Source of the DNA: Sphyrna mokarran
Taxonomy: Eukaryota
Reading direction: 5' to 3'
Length of the DNA: 64,000 bases
Assembly (NCBI GenBank): GCA_024679065.1
Contig: JAGIQG010000032.1
Location: forward strand, 13,640,001 to 13,704,000
Every line of letters begins with the position of its first letter. Position 1 is the first letter of the stretch. The notes under the pieces are model-generated. The model saw nothing but the letters and a program-made list of their open reading frames with translations. It was not told the origin of the DNA and searched no databases. A program made the position numbers and the translations under genes. Positions 25,513-38,400 of the stretch are shown here, piece by piece.

Positions 25513-28500
25513 TACTCAGTCTGGCAGTTGGAAGGAATTAACAAGGGATCTAATACAGGCCTTAGTAACATAAGCAGGCTTGACAAGAAGAAGAGCTAAG
25601 ACTCGAAAGTAGCGACAAGAAAATCATCTTTAAAAAGTTTAAAAGAAAGAGCTCAGAAGGTAACTTTGAATATACAATTCACATTCTTAGATATTTCAAG
25701 TTCATGCCGCACGGGATACTATTCCACAGGAACACAAGAAGTTGCTGAAAATTTCAATTGTAGACCTGCACATCATATCCCTTTTAAAACAATTTAGCCA
25801 AAGCAGGCAATTGACAGAAACAGAATTGTATTTTAATGATTGTTCTTTTCGCCACTCTCCCTTGTTTTTGCACAAGCATGTGCTGGCAAGAATTTGGTAT
25901 AATTAGCATTTTCCTCATAATTACTACTGTGCTAATGAGCATGTCAAAATTAAGGTGGCACATAAAATACAGGTCCAATTCTTTCAAGCACACATGATGC
26001 CGAAATGGTTATTGTGCTAATTGATTCACTTGTTCAATGAAATTTGTAATATAAATAATATAAAACCATATTATTTGATAATAAACCTAATGTACTGGTA
26101 ATGAGGAATAATTTAAGTTACTCATATCAAGTAAAACAAAATCAGCCTTGGATGAACAAGCCATTATGCCACGTGAAGGACATATTTAAAGCTCTCGACT
26201 GAGTCAAGCACTGACCTAAGGCCATTTATATCAAAATTACTGGCCAAGCAAGGGTCACGCTATGATCGAGGAAAAAAAGGCACTGGAGGGTGATGAATGA
26301 GAGGCATCTTCAGTAGCATCCCCACTTCTCTGCAATCTTTTCAGCGGTTAGTTGCAAAACATTAATTTTCAGCAGGTTTTTTTTAGGTTATCCGCTAGCT
26401 GAGAAAAGAATGATCATATCATGCAGCACTAAGCCTGTTCAATGCACGCAACAAGACTAGTCGGTTAGCACTGGTATTTCAATGAAGAAAGTAGCATCAA
26501 AGCCTCATAAATGCTGGTGATGCTGGGCAGCATCGGCCTCTTGTCTTCCTTTGAATGATGCCAATCTTTTCAGCGTGACATTAATTGAGTCTGACAAGTC
26601 TTTAAAAGGAATGGAATCTAGAGGGAGATGAACCGTTTTTTGATCTTGTTTCTTGAAATGAAACCAAATACTTCAGCCAAATTATTCTCCCCAATCAACG
26701 GGGGAATTGTGTAGAAGACTTGCGGGTGCCCATTTTTTTTTTAAAAAAAAGGAAGACTCGAGGAACTATTTTTGAGTCCATGCAGAATTATCAAAATAAC
26801 AGCATGCTGATAAAAAATAACAGGCTTCAACCTTGGCAATAATAAATAAAGTAACAACAAAAATTCAATAAGGGTTATTAAGATTGAAGCATTCATAAAC
26901 ATTAACAGTATAGCTTGTGTCTCAAACAAATCCATGCTGTAATAAATACATTGCATTCATTGTGGAAATAAAACACAAACAGTAATAGCACTTTCAGACA
27001 ATGACATGTTGGGAAATGTTAGTTGTTGATGAGATGCATGTAATTCTACACACGAAGGACGTGTCCACTAACTCAACACACAAACTGCTATATGGAATCC
27101 TTGCAAAAACATGTTTATACTGCCATTTGTATTGAAAAGGTGATTTTTTGTTTTGGAAAAATCAGCATCAAGGAGGACCTGAGATACCCGCGCGCTGTTG
27201 GAGACCAGAAGAGGAGGCATGAGAAGGTCTCTGAGGACATCTAGTGGATGGACATCACAGAGCACCATGCTCAGCAAAATGTGGAAGCTGTCAGGATCCA
27301 GTCACGGGTAGTGAGTAAAAAAGGGCCCAACTACCAAGAAGAATTGAAATGGCGACCAATTCATTTCAATTCAATAGCTAGTGATGATTACTGGCATAAA
27401 AAGAAAAAGATGCAATGAAGAGTTGTGGGAATAAGATGATTATTTTGATTGGTGATGAATAAACTTTTTCTCCTGATTATAGTTCCTCAATTTGTAGGAC
27501 TTCCCATAGAAGATAGTCTCTTCAGTGAAAATACAGCAGCAACATTAAATTGGAGATTAAGAGCACTCTCAAAAAGGTGAGTGCCCAAATTATCTCTATA
27601 GGTTCAATAATAAAAAGCAAAAGACTTAATTCACCGCCTCTGTTTTTCTGAATGGAGCAGAGTGTCAGGGCCAGAGCTGTACTTTTGTCAAAGAAAGATT
27701 TAAAAATGCTTGGTTTTGTTTGCTAACTTGTAAATGGGCATTGGATTGGGCGGTTTGATCGAGATTACTGGTGAAGAATCAGTGAGATTTATCTCATCTG
27801 TCTGCCTATCCTGGATTTGAACATTCCTCCAAAAAAAATTGAGAAATCAAATGTAGAAACAACACATTCCTTCTGGCAAATCTCAGCCTTTTAAAAAATA
27901 TCCTAGGCAGAAATGTTCCTACTTTCTCTCCTGTATGCTTTCTTCTATGCAAGGATGATTTTCGCAGGGTACGGTGGCCCTCACTAATGAGTATAGACAA
28001 ACTATTCAACCAGACGGGCAAGTCTCATATGACGGTTATGCATGTATACTTTCAATCATTTGATCAAGGATTTATAGTTAGGAGAAGAAACCTAAACATT
28101 AGCTTTCCCTCCATCTGATAATGGGGGTATTAGCATTGACTAACATTCTAACTGCTGTCATGGCGAGACCAACTAACTAGAAGACCAAATCCGAACCTCT
28201 TCACCTACACCTTTTAAGACAGAGTCTTCACCCAGTGCCATGCGATGGGAATTCCTGATCGTTTTGGACTTGACAGCCCTGACATCAATGACATACACGC
28301 CATCCTCAAATTTACAGTCTGACTAAAGTCTCCAGAGGAACAGGGCAGTTGCTTCTGCCCCACATTTGAGGTCACTTGTACTGTTCCACTTCTTCATGTT
28401 GCTTAAAGAGAGTTACAATGGCATTCTGGTAACAAAAATGGCAACATGGGTGATAAAAATGGCAGCAGTGGTTGCCAGCCTCTTTAGCACCTCAAGTCAA

Positions 28501-28744
28501 CAAAGTAAGTTGGAAATCTTGCAAGGAGGTTTTGGAATGAATGCAATATTCGTTTCATCTTTCTTCATTCTGGTATATCCAACCAACAACAGGGACACTT
28601 GGCTATAGCTGACTTGAGCTGTGAAGCTGAATTCCATTCACTTCCTTTCCTTTAACTGAATCACAATTTTATTTCTGCTGGTATCTTGCCACTGGGCTGC
28701 TGTATTTTCTACAGATTCAAAGTGATCTGTGGGCAGTGTTGAAG

Positions 28745-28780
28745 ATGATGTGTACGTATGATGTAACTGCTACACATGCA
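28745..28780 (-). promoter_or_regulatory. RBFOX (TGCATG) site and YCAY cluster downstream of the IYF microexon
   Basis: Sense-strand TGCATG at 28775-28780, about 75 nt past the donor, followed by acatcatacgtacacatcatc. Confidence 0.55.
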
Positions 28781-28853
28781 ACATAAAAATCTCTTGCTTA
28801 AGGTAGACAAGTTGGATCGCACTCTGGGCAACAGGGAACCCGTTTTTACTCAC

Positions 28854-28862
28854 AATAGATCA
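28854..28862 (-). CDS. KCNMA1: KCNMA1 alternative 9-nt microexon (IYF / e20) at splice site C2
   Basis: taactgcacactggtag|TGATCTATT|gtgagt; phase 1-1; gives CKR-L-I-Y-F when joined to the 94-nt exon. Confidence 0.92.
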
Positions 28863-30869
28863 CTACCAGTGTGCAGTTAAATTATAGAGTTTCATGTTCC
28901 AGGGCAGCAGGGAGAAAAATAAATTAAAAATACATCAATCATCAAAAGGTACTTGCAATCATTTCATACATGGAATCTCATGTGCCTGAATTCCACGGAA
29001 AAAGGTTTATATGTAACTGTGTTTTGTGTTTTCTCTTTTCCCCATTATACGTTCTATAACAGTGAGATAAACCTAGAAGGGGTGAATGCTTAAGAAATAA
29101 GTTCACACACACAGAAGAAATACCAAACTTTAGCACTTTTTTTGAAAAAAATCATCTCATACAACTCTTCAAAAAAAAACTGGAATGGCTATTGCACTTC
29201 CTCCCATCCCACCCATAGAAAGGAAATTTTCTTTGCAAATTCTGGTCCGTTCCTTGAATAATTTAGATTACAATGAAAAAATAATGATACTTTTAAGCGG
29301 AATTTTTGTTTTGCTTTCAAGCAGCTACGGTTTTCTTTTTAAAAAAAGATAAAGCTACTCACTTTAATTATTCTTGACCTCTGTGGAGGCACCAAGTTTT
29401 TTTTTGTTTAAATTATTAATAATGGGCCTAAAAGGTTTGGACAAGTGGCTAAGTAGGTCAGGTATATGTTAACAATGTGACATGACTAATGCCAATATAA
29501 TGATAAATCTGCTACAATTCCATTCTAAATGTGACAGCAACTACTAAGATGTGTGCCCTTATCAAAAAAAACTCTGCATTTCTGGTACTGTATTCAAGTA
29601 TTGCATATTGCATGCTCCACCATTATGGGCTGTGAAATACAATGCATTTGGCAAGGATTTGTCTTTGTTTTTCCAGCTGACTTGGAGCATTACCTCTAGA
29701 GTTTTCAAACAGCGGCAGTTTAGTTCTGACAAGCTCTTTCTTCAGCCTCACTAATCATGTCATTTTATTTATACATCTGTTCTACATCACATCATTAATA
29801 GACTGAAATTTGGACTCCTCATTTTAGGCACGCCGTTATTCTCCAAGTATATTTTTTAATTTTTTGCGTACAGCTTAATCACATTAATGCTAATTATTTT
29901 TCGCTTCCCAGTCTGCACCATTCATTAATTTTCCCAGATTTCCCATTATGTATTAATGGCATAATGTTAATCTAAACTTGCCTTCCTTTCAGGTAATTAA
30001 ACTTCCTTTCATATAGCCTAAAAAATGTTGCTCTCCATTTAATTTCTCTTGCCTTAGTTATTTGACTAGGTTAATGAGTGAATGAAGGACGTTGCTGGTG
30101 TAGACACACTGTCATGGGCCAGTGACCAACAGAGGCCAGGCACTACGCCACTGAGTAAGTAGGAAGATAAGTCAAAGAGAGATATTCCATAGCCACTCTT
30201 CATCCTATTTTGTTGGCCAAGTTCAGAGTAACATTGGAGCAGGTTATTGGTCCATCCTATCGGCAAGTGGCATGGAGGGAAACCTTAAAAATTAAAGTGG
30301 AACCCAAGTTCTTCCCATTCTGATGCACATTACAAATAAAAAAATTCCTTATGTTTTTCCTTAAAATGATAATTTCACTGTTTGCAGGAATCTGAAAAGC
30401 ACATCGCTTTTAGAGCATTAAGGGTTGACTTAGAACGTTGATTAAAGAGTTCAATTCTTCACACACACTAACCTTTATCCACATCCTATGTTATATTCTG
30501 TAACAAACTTCATTGCTGCAGAACCAAACTCTGCCAAATAGGGACTATAATTAATGGTGGAGTTGCAATAAAACATGCACTTGTGTATGTGAAAACTGTT
30601 TAAAATAAGCATGTTGGATAACAGGAATTTATAGTTTGTTGTTTAGATACAGTGTTCATTGGGTGAGTAAATGGAAGTTTAACGACTATATTGCACTCCA
30701 TCTCTGATCATCGTGGATAAGCTATTAACAGAAATCATTGATGTCCGGCAAGCCCTCCACTAATTCACTGTTGGTGCAAAAACTTTAATATTTTATTGCA
30801 TTCAAGGTTACATTGGTTGCAAATTATCACTAATAACAAAGTACTGATGGAAAGATGATGAAATTATTA

Positions 30870-31004
<135 letters not shown>

Positions 31005-31559
31005 TTATCCACTAAACACCAACCATGCTTTATTCTGATGGAGAAAGACAGTCTAATGTCTTAAACAGCCAATCTTTACACAACGCGTGTAAATTTGGAA
31101 TGACGGAAAGCCAGAATTTAAGTTCCAAATTCCTGAATAAGGTCAGTGATGATTGTTCAGGGTAGTGAGGCAACATTTTGTTCCAATTGAAATGAAAATA
31201 TATTCAAGAATACATAAAAACATAAAAGGCCAGTTGCCTCATCAATCCCACTCCTTTCACAGCCATGCACATTTTCTGCTATTGTGGACTCTACCCAACA
31301 TATTTAATCTCCTAAGGGAAAGTTGTGTGAAATTTCTCCCTGTCTCCCTAAGATAATTGACTGAAACTCCAGAATATCAATCTATCCTAACAAGGCCCAT
31401 TATTCAATCCTGACCAGCTGCCTCCAACCAATGACGTTTCCATGGCGTCGGTGTCACAAGAACCATTGTGCTTCCGAAAGCCATTGATCATCTCTGTCTG
31501 CACATATCATTATAATCTTCAGTTTTACCTTTAACCAGATATGTAGCTGCTCCTCTTAA

Positions 31560-31850
31560 AGGAGTTAATCAGCACAGGCTGAACTGCTTTTGCTAAGAGT
31601 CTGTTCCAATATCCACACTACTCTGTGGGGGAAAGAACATTCTAATCTCCAGTCCTGCCTCAGGCTTGTTAATTCTGTTCTCATTTCCTGTAGTTCTGCT
31701 CTTACCATCCAAGTTAAATAACCTGCTTACATCCATATTATCCATGGCTATCAGCATTTTAAAGATCTGGATCCTTTCCTGAACTAACTTCTCCAATGAC
31801 AAATTCAGCTTGGAGAGTCTCTTTTCATTAATCACAACCCTAAGGCGTTC
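31560..31850 (-). mobile_element. Decayed CR1 LINE ORF2 3' fragment
   Basis: ORF 31593..31835(-) reads EKRLSKLNLSLEK...IQIFKML...SRLFNLDGKSRTTG, a CR1 C-terminal motif. Confidence 0.7.
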
Positions 31851-31916
31851 ATGTCCCTCTTTTAAAATGTTTTTGTTGGTGGAATCTTTCTGCTCATCAG
31901 TATCCAGATACTAAAT

Positions 31917-32433
31917 AAAGTTTAAAGTTTATTTATTAATCACAAGTAAGGCTTATATTAATATTACAATGAAGTCACTGTGAAATTCCCCTAGTTAGAA
32001 CATAGAACATAGAAAAACCATAGCACAAACAGGTCCTTTGGCCCACAAGTTGCACTGATCGTATGCCTACCTACCAGGCTTACCTATAACTCTCCATCCT
32101 ATTAAGTTCCATGTGCTCATCCAGAAGTCTCTCAAAAGACCCTATCGAATTTGCCTCCACCAGCACCGAAGGCAGCCGATTCCACTCACTCACCACCCTC
32201 TGAGTGAAAAATTTACCCCTGACATCTCCTGTGTACCTACTCCAGCCCCTGTCCAGGTCAATGCACCTAGCCAGCATGTCTTTCAGACTGTGGGAGGAAA
32301 TTGGAGCACCTGGAGGAAACCCACACAGACACAGGGAGAACGTGCAGACTCCTCAAAGACAATGGCCCAAGCCGGACATCGAACCCAGGTCCCTGGTGCT
32401 ATGAGGTGGTAGTGCTAACCACAATGCCATCGT
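31917..32433 (-). mobile_element. V-SINE type B split by a CR1 insertion (tail about 31917-31995, head about 32256-32433)
   Basis: Tail and head each match the intact copy at 48170-48455. Confidence 0.85.
31996..32248 (-). mobile_element. 5'-truncated CR1/HER1 LINE 3' end
   Basis: ORF 32080..32277(-) reads RGKFFTQRVVSEWNRLPSVLVEANSIGSFERLLD; (CATAGAA)n tail. Confidence 0.9.
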
Positions 32434-32529
32434 AAATGCTGTGAACAGAAATGGGATTTTTGCCTGGTGCCCAATGTCAGCATAATACAAACTCAACTGT
32501 GGATACAGAATGAAGCATTCTTTCCTCAA

Positions 32530-32900
32530 CCAACAAACTGCATTTAACTAGCACCTTTAACATGCAGTAAAACATTCAAAGGCATTTCACTGGACAGTTA
32601 TCAAGCAAAACTTCACATTGAGCCACATGAGGTATTTGAACAGATAATCCAAAGTTGCGCAGAGTGGTGTGGTTTAAGGAATGCTTGAAGAAGGAAAGTG
32701 AGGTTGGACGGGCAGATGAGTTTAAGAAGAGAATTCTAGTATTTAGGATCTGGGCAGTTGAAAGCCTAGCCACCAATAATGGTGCAATTGAAGGATGTGC
32801 AAGACAGCAGAAGCAGAAGAGTGCAAGATCTCAAAGTTATAAGCCAACAAAAGAATGTAGAGATAGGGAGAGGCAAGACCACAAAGGAATCTGGAAATTA
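32530..32900 (-). mobile_element. L2-type LINE 3' end
   Basis: caacaaactgcatttaactagcacctttaa... is the reverse complement of the L2 tail, followed by a purine-rich body. Confidence 0.6.
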
Positions 32901-33219
32901 ACATTATTCACACAAGCTAGAACTAATTGGCAGGAATAAGTTCAGTTCAGTAAATCTGGGAGATGGTCTTTAGGGAGAAATTCTGGTTACTGTAATAGGG
33001 GTCGCTCTACTGTGATTTGGACTGAGGAATATGAAAGATATGTTCTGCTTTTAGAAACATAGGTGTTAGTTGTGTTTTTTTTGTAGGATTTATTTTAAGA
33101 AGTAATTGCTCCAATTTTTCCACTGGATGAGTTTTGGATTTTGTTGAGCTCCCTAGCAGAAATCTGGTCAATCAGGATTCGCCTTCAGTAATACTCATTT
33201 GAACCTCTCATATAATTAT

Positions 33220-33533
33220 TGAATCCTTACAGTGCAGGAGGCCACCACTTGGCCCATCGAGTCTGTACTGACTGTCTGTCAGGCATATTCCTGTAATCCC
33301 AAGAATTCACTTTGCTAATCCCCCTAACCCACAAGTCTTGGGAGACTAAGGAGTAATTTAACATGGGAAATCAACCTAATTCGCACACCTTTGAACTATG
33401 GGAGGAAACAGAAGCATCTGGAGGAAACTCATGCAGACACAGGGAGATGTGCAAACTCCACACAGTTACCCACAGCGGATTGAACCCAGGTCTCTGGTGC
33501 TGTGATGCAGCAGTGCCAACCACTGTGCCACCC
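33220..33533 (-). mobile_element. HE1-type V-SINE
   Basis: tRNA-like head (ggcacagtggttggcactgctgc...gggttcaatcc), V-domain and CR1-like tail. Confidence 0.9.
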
Positions 33534-35299
33534 ACAATAGACATTTTGAGTAGCAATAACAGACACCATAACAAACATTTTGAGTAACAGGCAGCTTACA
33601 TGAAACCAGAAACATTTTCAATTCCTATCTGAAACTATAGACCCCATTTCAACTTAGTAGAAATGAATGAGTTTGAACGATTTAAAGTAAGGAACTAATC
33701 TGAGATGAAAATTTTATATAATCTGATTCAATGGTGTGACAACTTGCAAATTTTAAATGACAAAAAGCAGAGGCTTTATGATTGTAAATCAGCAAAAAAG
33801 ATTGAAACAGAATCAGATTTTTTTAAAAAGGCACCCTTCTCTAATTTCCACATTCACATCAATGGCATGGTTAATTCAGGCTTTTATTATTCTGTTAACA
33901 ATTTATTTCAAAAGCCAAACCTCAAAATCTGTAAATTCCCATCAGGCAGAGCAAAGTGTGCTGTTGAAAAACACACTGGGAATGTAAAGAAGTATTAATA
34001 ACTCTTGTCTGTTTAAACTATCCATGAATAGTGTGGTTCTTAACTGTTTAAGTGCAAGTGACCACAGTCCAACAGCATTTTGAGAAGACTTAGTGGTATT
34101 CGTGGGATGGTGCTCAGTCTTCTAGTAGAACTTGCACTTCAGCTAGCCATTTCCCACTAACACCTAGCTGTATCAATGAATTAAGCCCAGTTCAGTGAGT
34201 GAGTGGATGTTGACCAGTTCTTTCAATAAAGACTAATATGACATTAACTGGTATTAATATGTATTAGCATTTCACTGGAAGAAAATTTAGTCTTGAATGT
34301 CATTATCCTTTTTTGAGGGGTGAAAATAGGGAGCATCATGAAAAGACCAGTCTGGAGGTTTTGCTTATCTCCCAGTTTTTCAAGATTCAGCACTGTGCTC
34401 AATGGCATTGAAAACAATCCACATTGTTGTGTTTGGGCGGAGTAAGCTTCGCTGAGTCTTAACACTGTTATATATAACCAAGGGGTTTTAATGTTTTCAC
34501 TAGGTATGCTGAAGGCAGCCTCTCAAAGCTTTGCTATCATAGGTTGCACAAATGCAATTGCATCCCTTCCTAATTATGCAATTATGTTCGTAGCTTTTCT
34601 GATAATAATGTCCACGTTCAGAAGGGAAATCCTTTCGTTTTTAAGATCAACAAACTCTTTCCTTCCTCTGCACAAATTTTGACTGGCATTAATGATCAAA
34701 CTTCCAATACTAGCCAGGGATGCCTGAGACTCTTGGCCATGTGGTGTAGCCCATGATAGGTATTGGCACTCTTGATCAGTTTACTGGGAACACTTTCAAT
34801 CACTTGGGATTTTATCTGGCAATGTGTTCCCTTCTTCCCTTGATTGACAACCATAGTTGGACAAAGAAATATTGTGCACATAGCAAGTCTCATCATAACT
34901 GAGCAGCATTTAGAACAGACAGTTGAATTTGGCCTTCTAGCCTACTAGGGCAACTACAAAGTTTCCAGATATGTTTATAAATTTTGAAGTATTCCACATC
35001 TATTTAGCCTTTTACAGTACCAATACTGAAGAATGTTTTAGAAATAACACCAAATCAGAGAGATGCCTAAAAACTCTCACCAGAAGTTATGAAAATACTT
35101 TAATAACATATAGGATGAGTTACATTGCTGGATTACAAATAATAATACTGTCAGATTTGTTCTGATATCTTAACAGGAAAAGCAGAATTCCTCCTTCTCA
35201 CTCCTCCAAAGAAAATATATGGGAGTTTATATTATTTGGCACATATCATCATTAATTAAAAACAGATCACAATTGTGTATATATCAAATCAAGCAACTA

Positions 35300-35428
<129 letters not shown>

Positions 35429-38400
35429 CTATGGGAGAAAAGCATTGCTTTGATGACACATGAATTAAAGGGAATAGTTCAAACATCCTCAATGCAAAGG
35501 AAATCGCTCTTATTTGAACTGCACTTAGATTTCAGTATCTGCATATATTCCAACAGATGACTACAAATGATTTAATTAATAATGGAAAGGAGCTGGTTTA
35601 TTAGACCCATAATATTAAGACGCATGACAAGCAAAGCACCATATGCTTAAAAACATATGTCCTTAAATGAATTCTATTTTACCCAATTTGAAAGCCTTCT
35701 GATAACAAAGTAAAGCACAGGCTATATAATTTTAATCTGGATGATGTAACTCATTGCTAATCACAATCTGAATCAACAATGGAAGTGGTTTGAAATTCAA
35801 TTTACAGGCTGATTTTTCTTCTTTTGGTTATGATTGCTTTTCTTCTACAGAGAGGTAGTGTCTTTTGGCGCATATTTATTTGTTCTGGTTTGCCATCACT
35901 ATTTTTCTTTGTTCTATTTTGTTTGGAGTTCTTCTCCTTCTTGCTTATACTAGGACATGCTCTCCAGCTAAGGTGGCCCAGTGGTGTCTTACTTTCATGC
36001 TTCCCCACCGCTCCTGAGCTGATTAAGACAAGGAGATCTCTGAAATGAACTCCTCTGATTTTGATTCAGTGTCCCCTCTGACAATACAGCTCGTAAGCAG
36101 AAATCCGCCAGTTGAATAATTTCTGATAGAGGGGACTGGACATTGGCTAGAGTTTGACTTACAAATTAGTTACATTTAAATAACTAACCAATCTTATATA
36201 GGTAAACAAATCTTCATAGCACCATTTTGGTGAAGGAACTACGGACGAGATTCTTTATCCATTGACCATACATTGATTGAAAATCTAGCACTTTTTTTTC
36301 CTTAAAGTGAAGCTACTATTCTCAAATAATTTAAAAGGACAGAAACTGCAATGTCAAACAAACAAGTTTCAGTAGTTTGTGCAGTTCCTCTGTCACTGAA
36401 AAACAATGTGTGCTGAGTGCAACATCATTAATTAACTGTATCTTATCATTGGTTAAAATAACAGTCACAATTATTTAAAGGTAATACACGTCAAGCGTAC
36501 AACTACTGCACGGCACAGCTGTATGTTAAATTAGTTAGCTGACCCAAAGGAAAGAGATGGCTGGTACGTGTTATTGACAAGAATCCCAATCCTTGTGGTT
36601 AAATGGGCTGTTGTCTGAAATCTTCCTTTAGTCCCAATTGTTTACAATAAACATCCAGCTCTTTCCTCTGGCCTTTCTCAAACTACTTGGTTTCATATAG
36701 TTCTACTTTCATATCCAAAGGCTTTGATTTTTGGTAGAAAGAACAAAACAAAGATGAAAAGGAAAGGTAGCAGTAGAGAAAGCGCACTCGAGAGAACGCA
36801 CATTCACAAATAAAGCACAGTGAAATCTGAATTGCTTCCAGGGTTGAACTCCTTGCAGTTGCTGATTTACAAGTGTCATTAGTAGGGCCAGCTCCTTTTG
36901 GATTGCTGGTATTATGCCAGCACCACCTCTCCTTAGATGCAATTAAATTTCACAAGGAATCTTCAATGTCTTGAGGCAATAACCAGATTTTTGTTTCAAA
37001 TTTTCTTCCTATTCGTTCTGCCTGATTCTTACGTTCATTCATTACTTAATAGCTATTCCTTCAATTTGCCTCATCCTTGCCTCTCAGTTTGCAACATTTC
37101 TGGAGTCCAGTAGAATGGGCCTTAGCCCCTGACTTTGCTTTCTCAATAATAACAAAACGTTCAGAAATAAACCTGCTATTATTGTTTCCTGCAAGAACAT
37201 TTCAGAATGGCAATTCTGCTTTTAAAATCAAAATTCATTAGCGGAAATATAAAGAAAATCTGAATCAAAACCAGACAGATCCATGAGCATCAAAGCTAAT
37301 GAGTTTTGTCAACGTATTTTTGTTCTTATTTTAGATTTACTGCACTGATCTTCACCTTTCAATTTTCCCCATTTTCTTGTGAGCCATTTTTGCAATCTCC
37401 ATGTTGTTTCAAGTATTTTTATTGTCTCACAAGCTTTTTTAAATTTCATCTAATAGTTCCTGATTTTCAATAAAGCGGTTCATAAATCGCTTAATACAGT
37501 AGCTTCCTCTCTGTGACAGCACCTTCTGATATTCCCTCATCATCTTTTATCCTTCTAACTTCCTTAAGCTGTTTATGTGCCAGCTCTCATTTTCTGTGTA
37601 TTTCCAACATCTTCCACTTCTGTTAAAAGTTAGTTTCATTTCCAACACAAAACATATGGAATATCCCACTGTACATATCCTGAATTGTTGAGAATCTGCT
37701 AATATTATTCGACTTCTATAAACTGATGCTTCATTTGAAATCAAGTAACTTTATAGCAACTAATTAAAAAAATCTAACTTTCATTTATGTAACACCTTAC
37801 CACTGAACAAACCATACTAAAATATAACGTTCATTTAGACATGTCCCAACTGCAGAGAAATAGCTAAGCTGTAATGTTGACTATGTGTTCTAATAACCCT
37901 ACTTCCTGAAATGAATTCTGAAGCTTGAATCCAGATATGTTGAGTTGTGGGTATCCAGTTCATTACTGATATTTTCCAACAGAATTTTTAAAAGATAGTT
38001 TACAGTTGATGTTTCGGGTGAATCAAATGTGTATGGACCTTCCATACAGCACTATTGTTGGACAAAACACTAAGAACGTTGCACTTCAAGGTTTTTCAAA
38101 GAGTAAAATATAAATGATGCAGTTTATATCATAAAACCATGGTATGTATAACAGCATCATAGCTAGTTAGGTGAAAATAACTTGTACTTCTATATATACG
38201 ATTATGTTATTTACTAATATCAAGCTATGTATAATATTCATAGTACAAGAAAAAAAGCACTTAACTATGTGTTATCACTAATACAAGGTCTTGGTACCAT
38301 AATCTAGGCTTAAACTGCATTATGTGTATTTTTATAATTTAGACCACAGTATGTATGTACACATTGTACACTGGTGTATATGCCTCCATATTCATGTAAG

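Noticed and set aside
26822-26838. Minus-strand CCAAGGTTGAAGCC resembling the start of e22 (KVEA)
   Set aside because: It is on the wrong side of STREX, has no acceptor AG in the right place, and the similarity stops after about 12 nt
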